Origin: Flectonema sp. DT1601
Lineage: Eukaryota
Length of the DNA: 64,000 nucleotides
Assembly: GCA_964019425.1 (NCBI GenBank)
Contig: OZ025803.1
Span: 1,116,001-1,180,000 of the forward strand
Reading direction: 5' to 3'
Within the stretch, counting starts at the first letter, position 1, and the number at the start of each line of letters is the position of its first letter. Positions 63,201 to 64,000 of this stretch are shown here, in pieces. The notes under the pieces were generated by a model. It was not told the DNA's origin. It did not search any database and saw only the letters and a list, made by a program, of their open reading frames with translations. A program made the position numbers and the translations under genes.

Positions 63201-64000
63201 ACATCTTCTTCACAGTTTTTTCCCTCCCTCGCCCCATCCCCGTCAGCGAGTAGGAAAGCGCAGCTAGGAATTTTTCCACGCAAGCGGATCCCACAACCCG
63301 ACCACCCTTCCCCACGCTCACCCCATCCACCCTCCCCCACCCCAACAAAAGAAGAAAACGGCGGCAGCCACGTGACACACTCGTGTTCGTGTAGCGAAGC
63401 GTTTCGGCGACTTCGAAGACGACGACGACGACGACGACGTAGAAGAGACGGTGTATGTGACTGACCTTCTTCTTCCTTATTTATTTGTTTACTTTTGTTA
63501 ATTACTTCCTCTTAATTTCATTCCTCTCTTAGATTGTTGTTTATTTGCTTATTTATTTGTTTGTTTATTTGTCTGTTTATCTGTCTGTATATTCTGTTAC
63601 TATCTGTTATTTTGTTACATTTATCTGTAGTACATTTTTGTTATTGTTAAATTAAAACATCTTCTTCACAGTTTTTTCCCTCCCTCGCCCCATCCCCGTC
63701 AGCGAGTAGGAAAGCGCAGCTAGGAATTTTTCCACGCAAGCGGATCCCACAACCCGACCACCCTTCCCCACGCTCACCCCATCCACCCTCCCCCACCCCA
63801 ACAAAAGAAGAAAACGGCGGCAGCCACGTGACACACTCGTGTTCGTGTAGCGAAGCGTTTCGGCGACTTCGAAGACGACGACGACGACGACGACGTAGAA
63901 GAGACGGTGTATGTGACTGACCTTCTTCTTCCTTATTTATTTGTTTACTTTTGTTAATTACTTCCTCTTAATTTCATTCCTCTCTTAGATTGTTGTTTAT
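57279..64000 (+). repeat. Tandem array of 456/459-bp units (14 complete + 1 partial, runs off the window)
   Basis: Unit starts at 57279, 57735, 58191, 58647, 59103, 59559, 60015, 60471, 60927, 61383, 61842, 62301, 62760, 63216 and 63672. Units appear identical except (GAC)7 versus (GAC)8 in the three units starting at 61383, 61842 and 62301. Each unit ends in a pyrimidine-rich acceptor catcttcttcacAG. Confidence 0.98.

Noticed and set aside
57232..63834. Repeated 60-aa minus-strand ORF (MSRGCRRFLLLL...)
   Set aside because: It starts at GTG, has no recognisable domain and is antisense to the strand defined by the SL and acceptors; it is a by-product of the repeat.
57240..64000. SL RNA gene tandem array
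   Set aside because: The SL exon occurs only once, not in each unit, and is followed by TTTTTT rather than the GT donor of an SL intron.
57279..64000. CRISPR array or telomeric repeat
   Set aside because: The units are long and identical with no unique spacers, there are no cas genes and no short telomeric motif, and the context is eukaryotic.

Overview
This is eukaryotic nuclear DNA from a euglenozoan, most likely a diplonemid. The evidence is a 39-nt diplonemid-type spliced leader (SL), a BILBO1-like gene, kinetoplastid-style CCCH proteins and many short GT-AG cis-introns. Positions 676-54732 hold a co-directional (+ strand) cluster of 13 intact protein genes: a DedA-like membrane protein, two tandem cold-shock/RG-rich proteins, a kinesin, a HAUS6-like protein, a large coiled-coil protein, a ~3875-aa protein made almost entirely of ~26 cyclic-nucleotide-binding domains, a BILBO1-like protein, a DHHC palmitoyltransferase, a P4-ATPase, a CCCH protein, a second cNMP-binding protein and a PH-AGC kinase. 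I reconstructed 20 introns by hand; two are enlarged by antisense insertions, one of which looks like a hAT transposase remnant. The cluster ends at a minus-strand tRNA-His(GUG). The most striking structure starts about 60-70 bp upstream of that tRNA. The 3' part of a non-LTR retrotransposon (RNase H + CCHC knuckle, short poly-A) abuts a complete genomic SL exon. That SL is fused exactly at the AG acceptor position of the first of at least 15 near-identical 456/459-bp tandem repeats. This is the footprint of a reverse-transcribed, trans-spliced RNA. It suggests (inference) an SL-capped, tRNA-gene-targeting retrotransposon with a repeat-array 5' region, inserted head-to-tail. No database searches were run; all family assignments come from recognised motifs.
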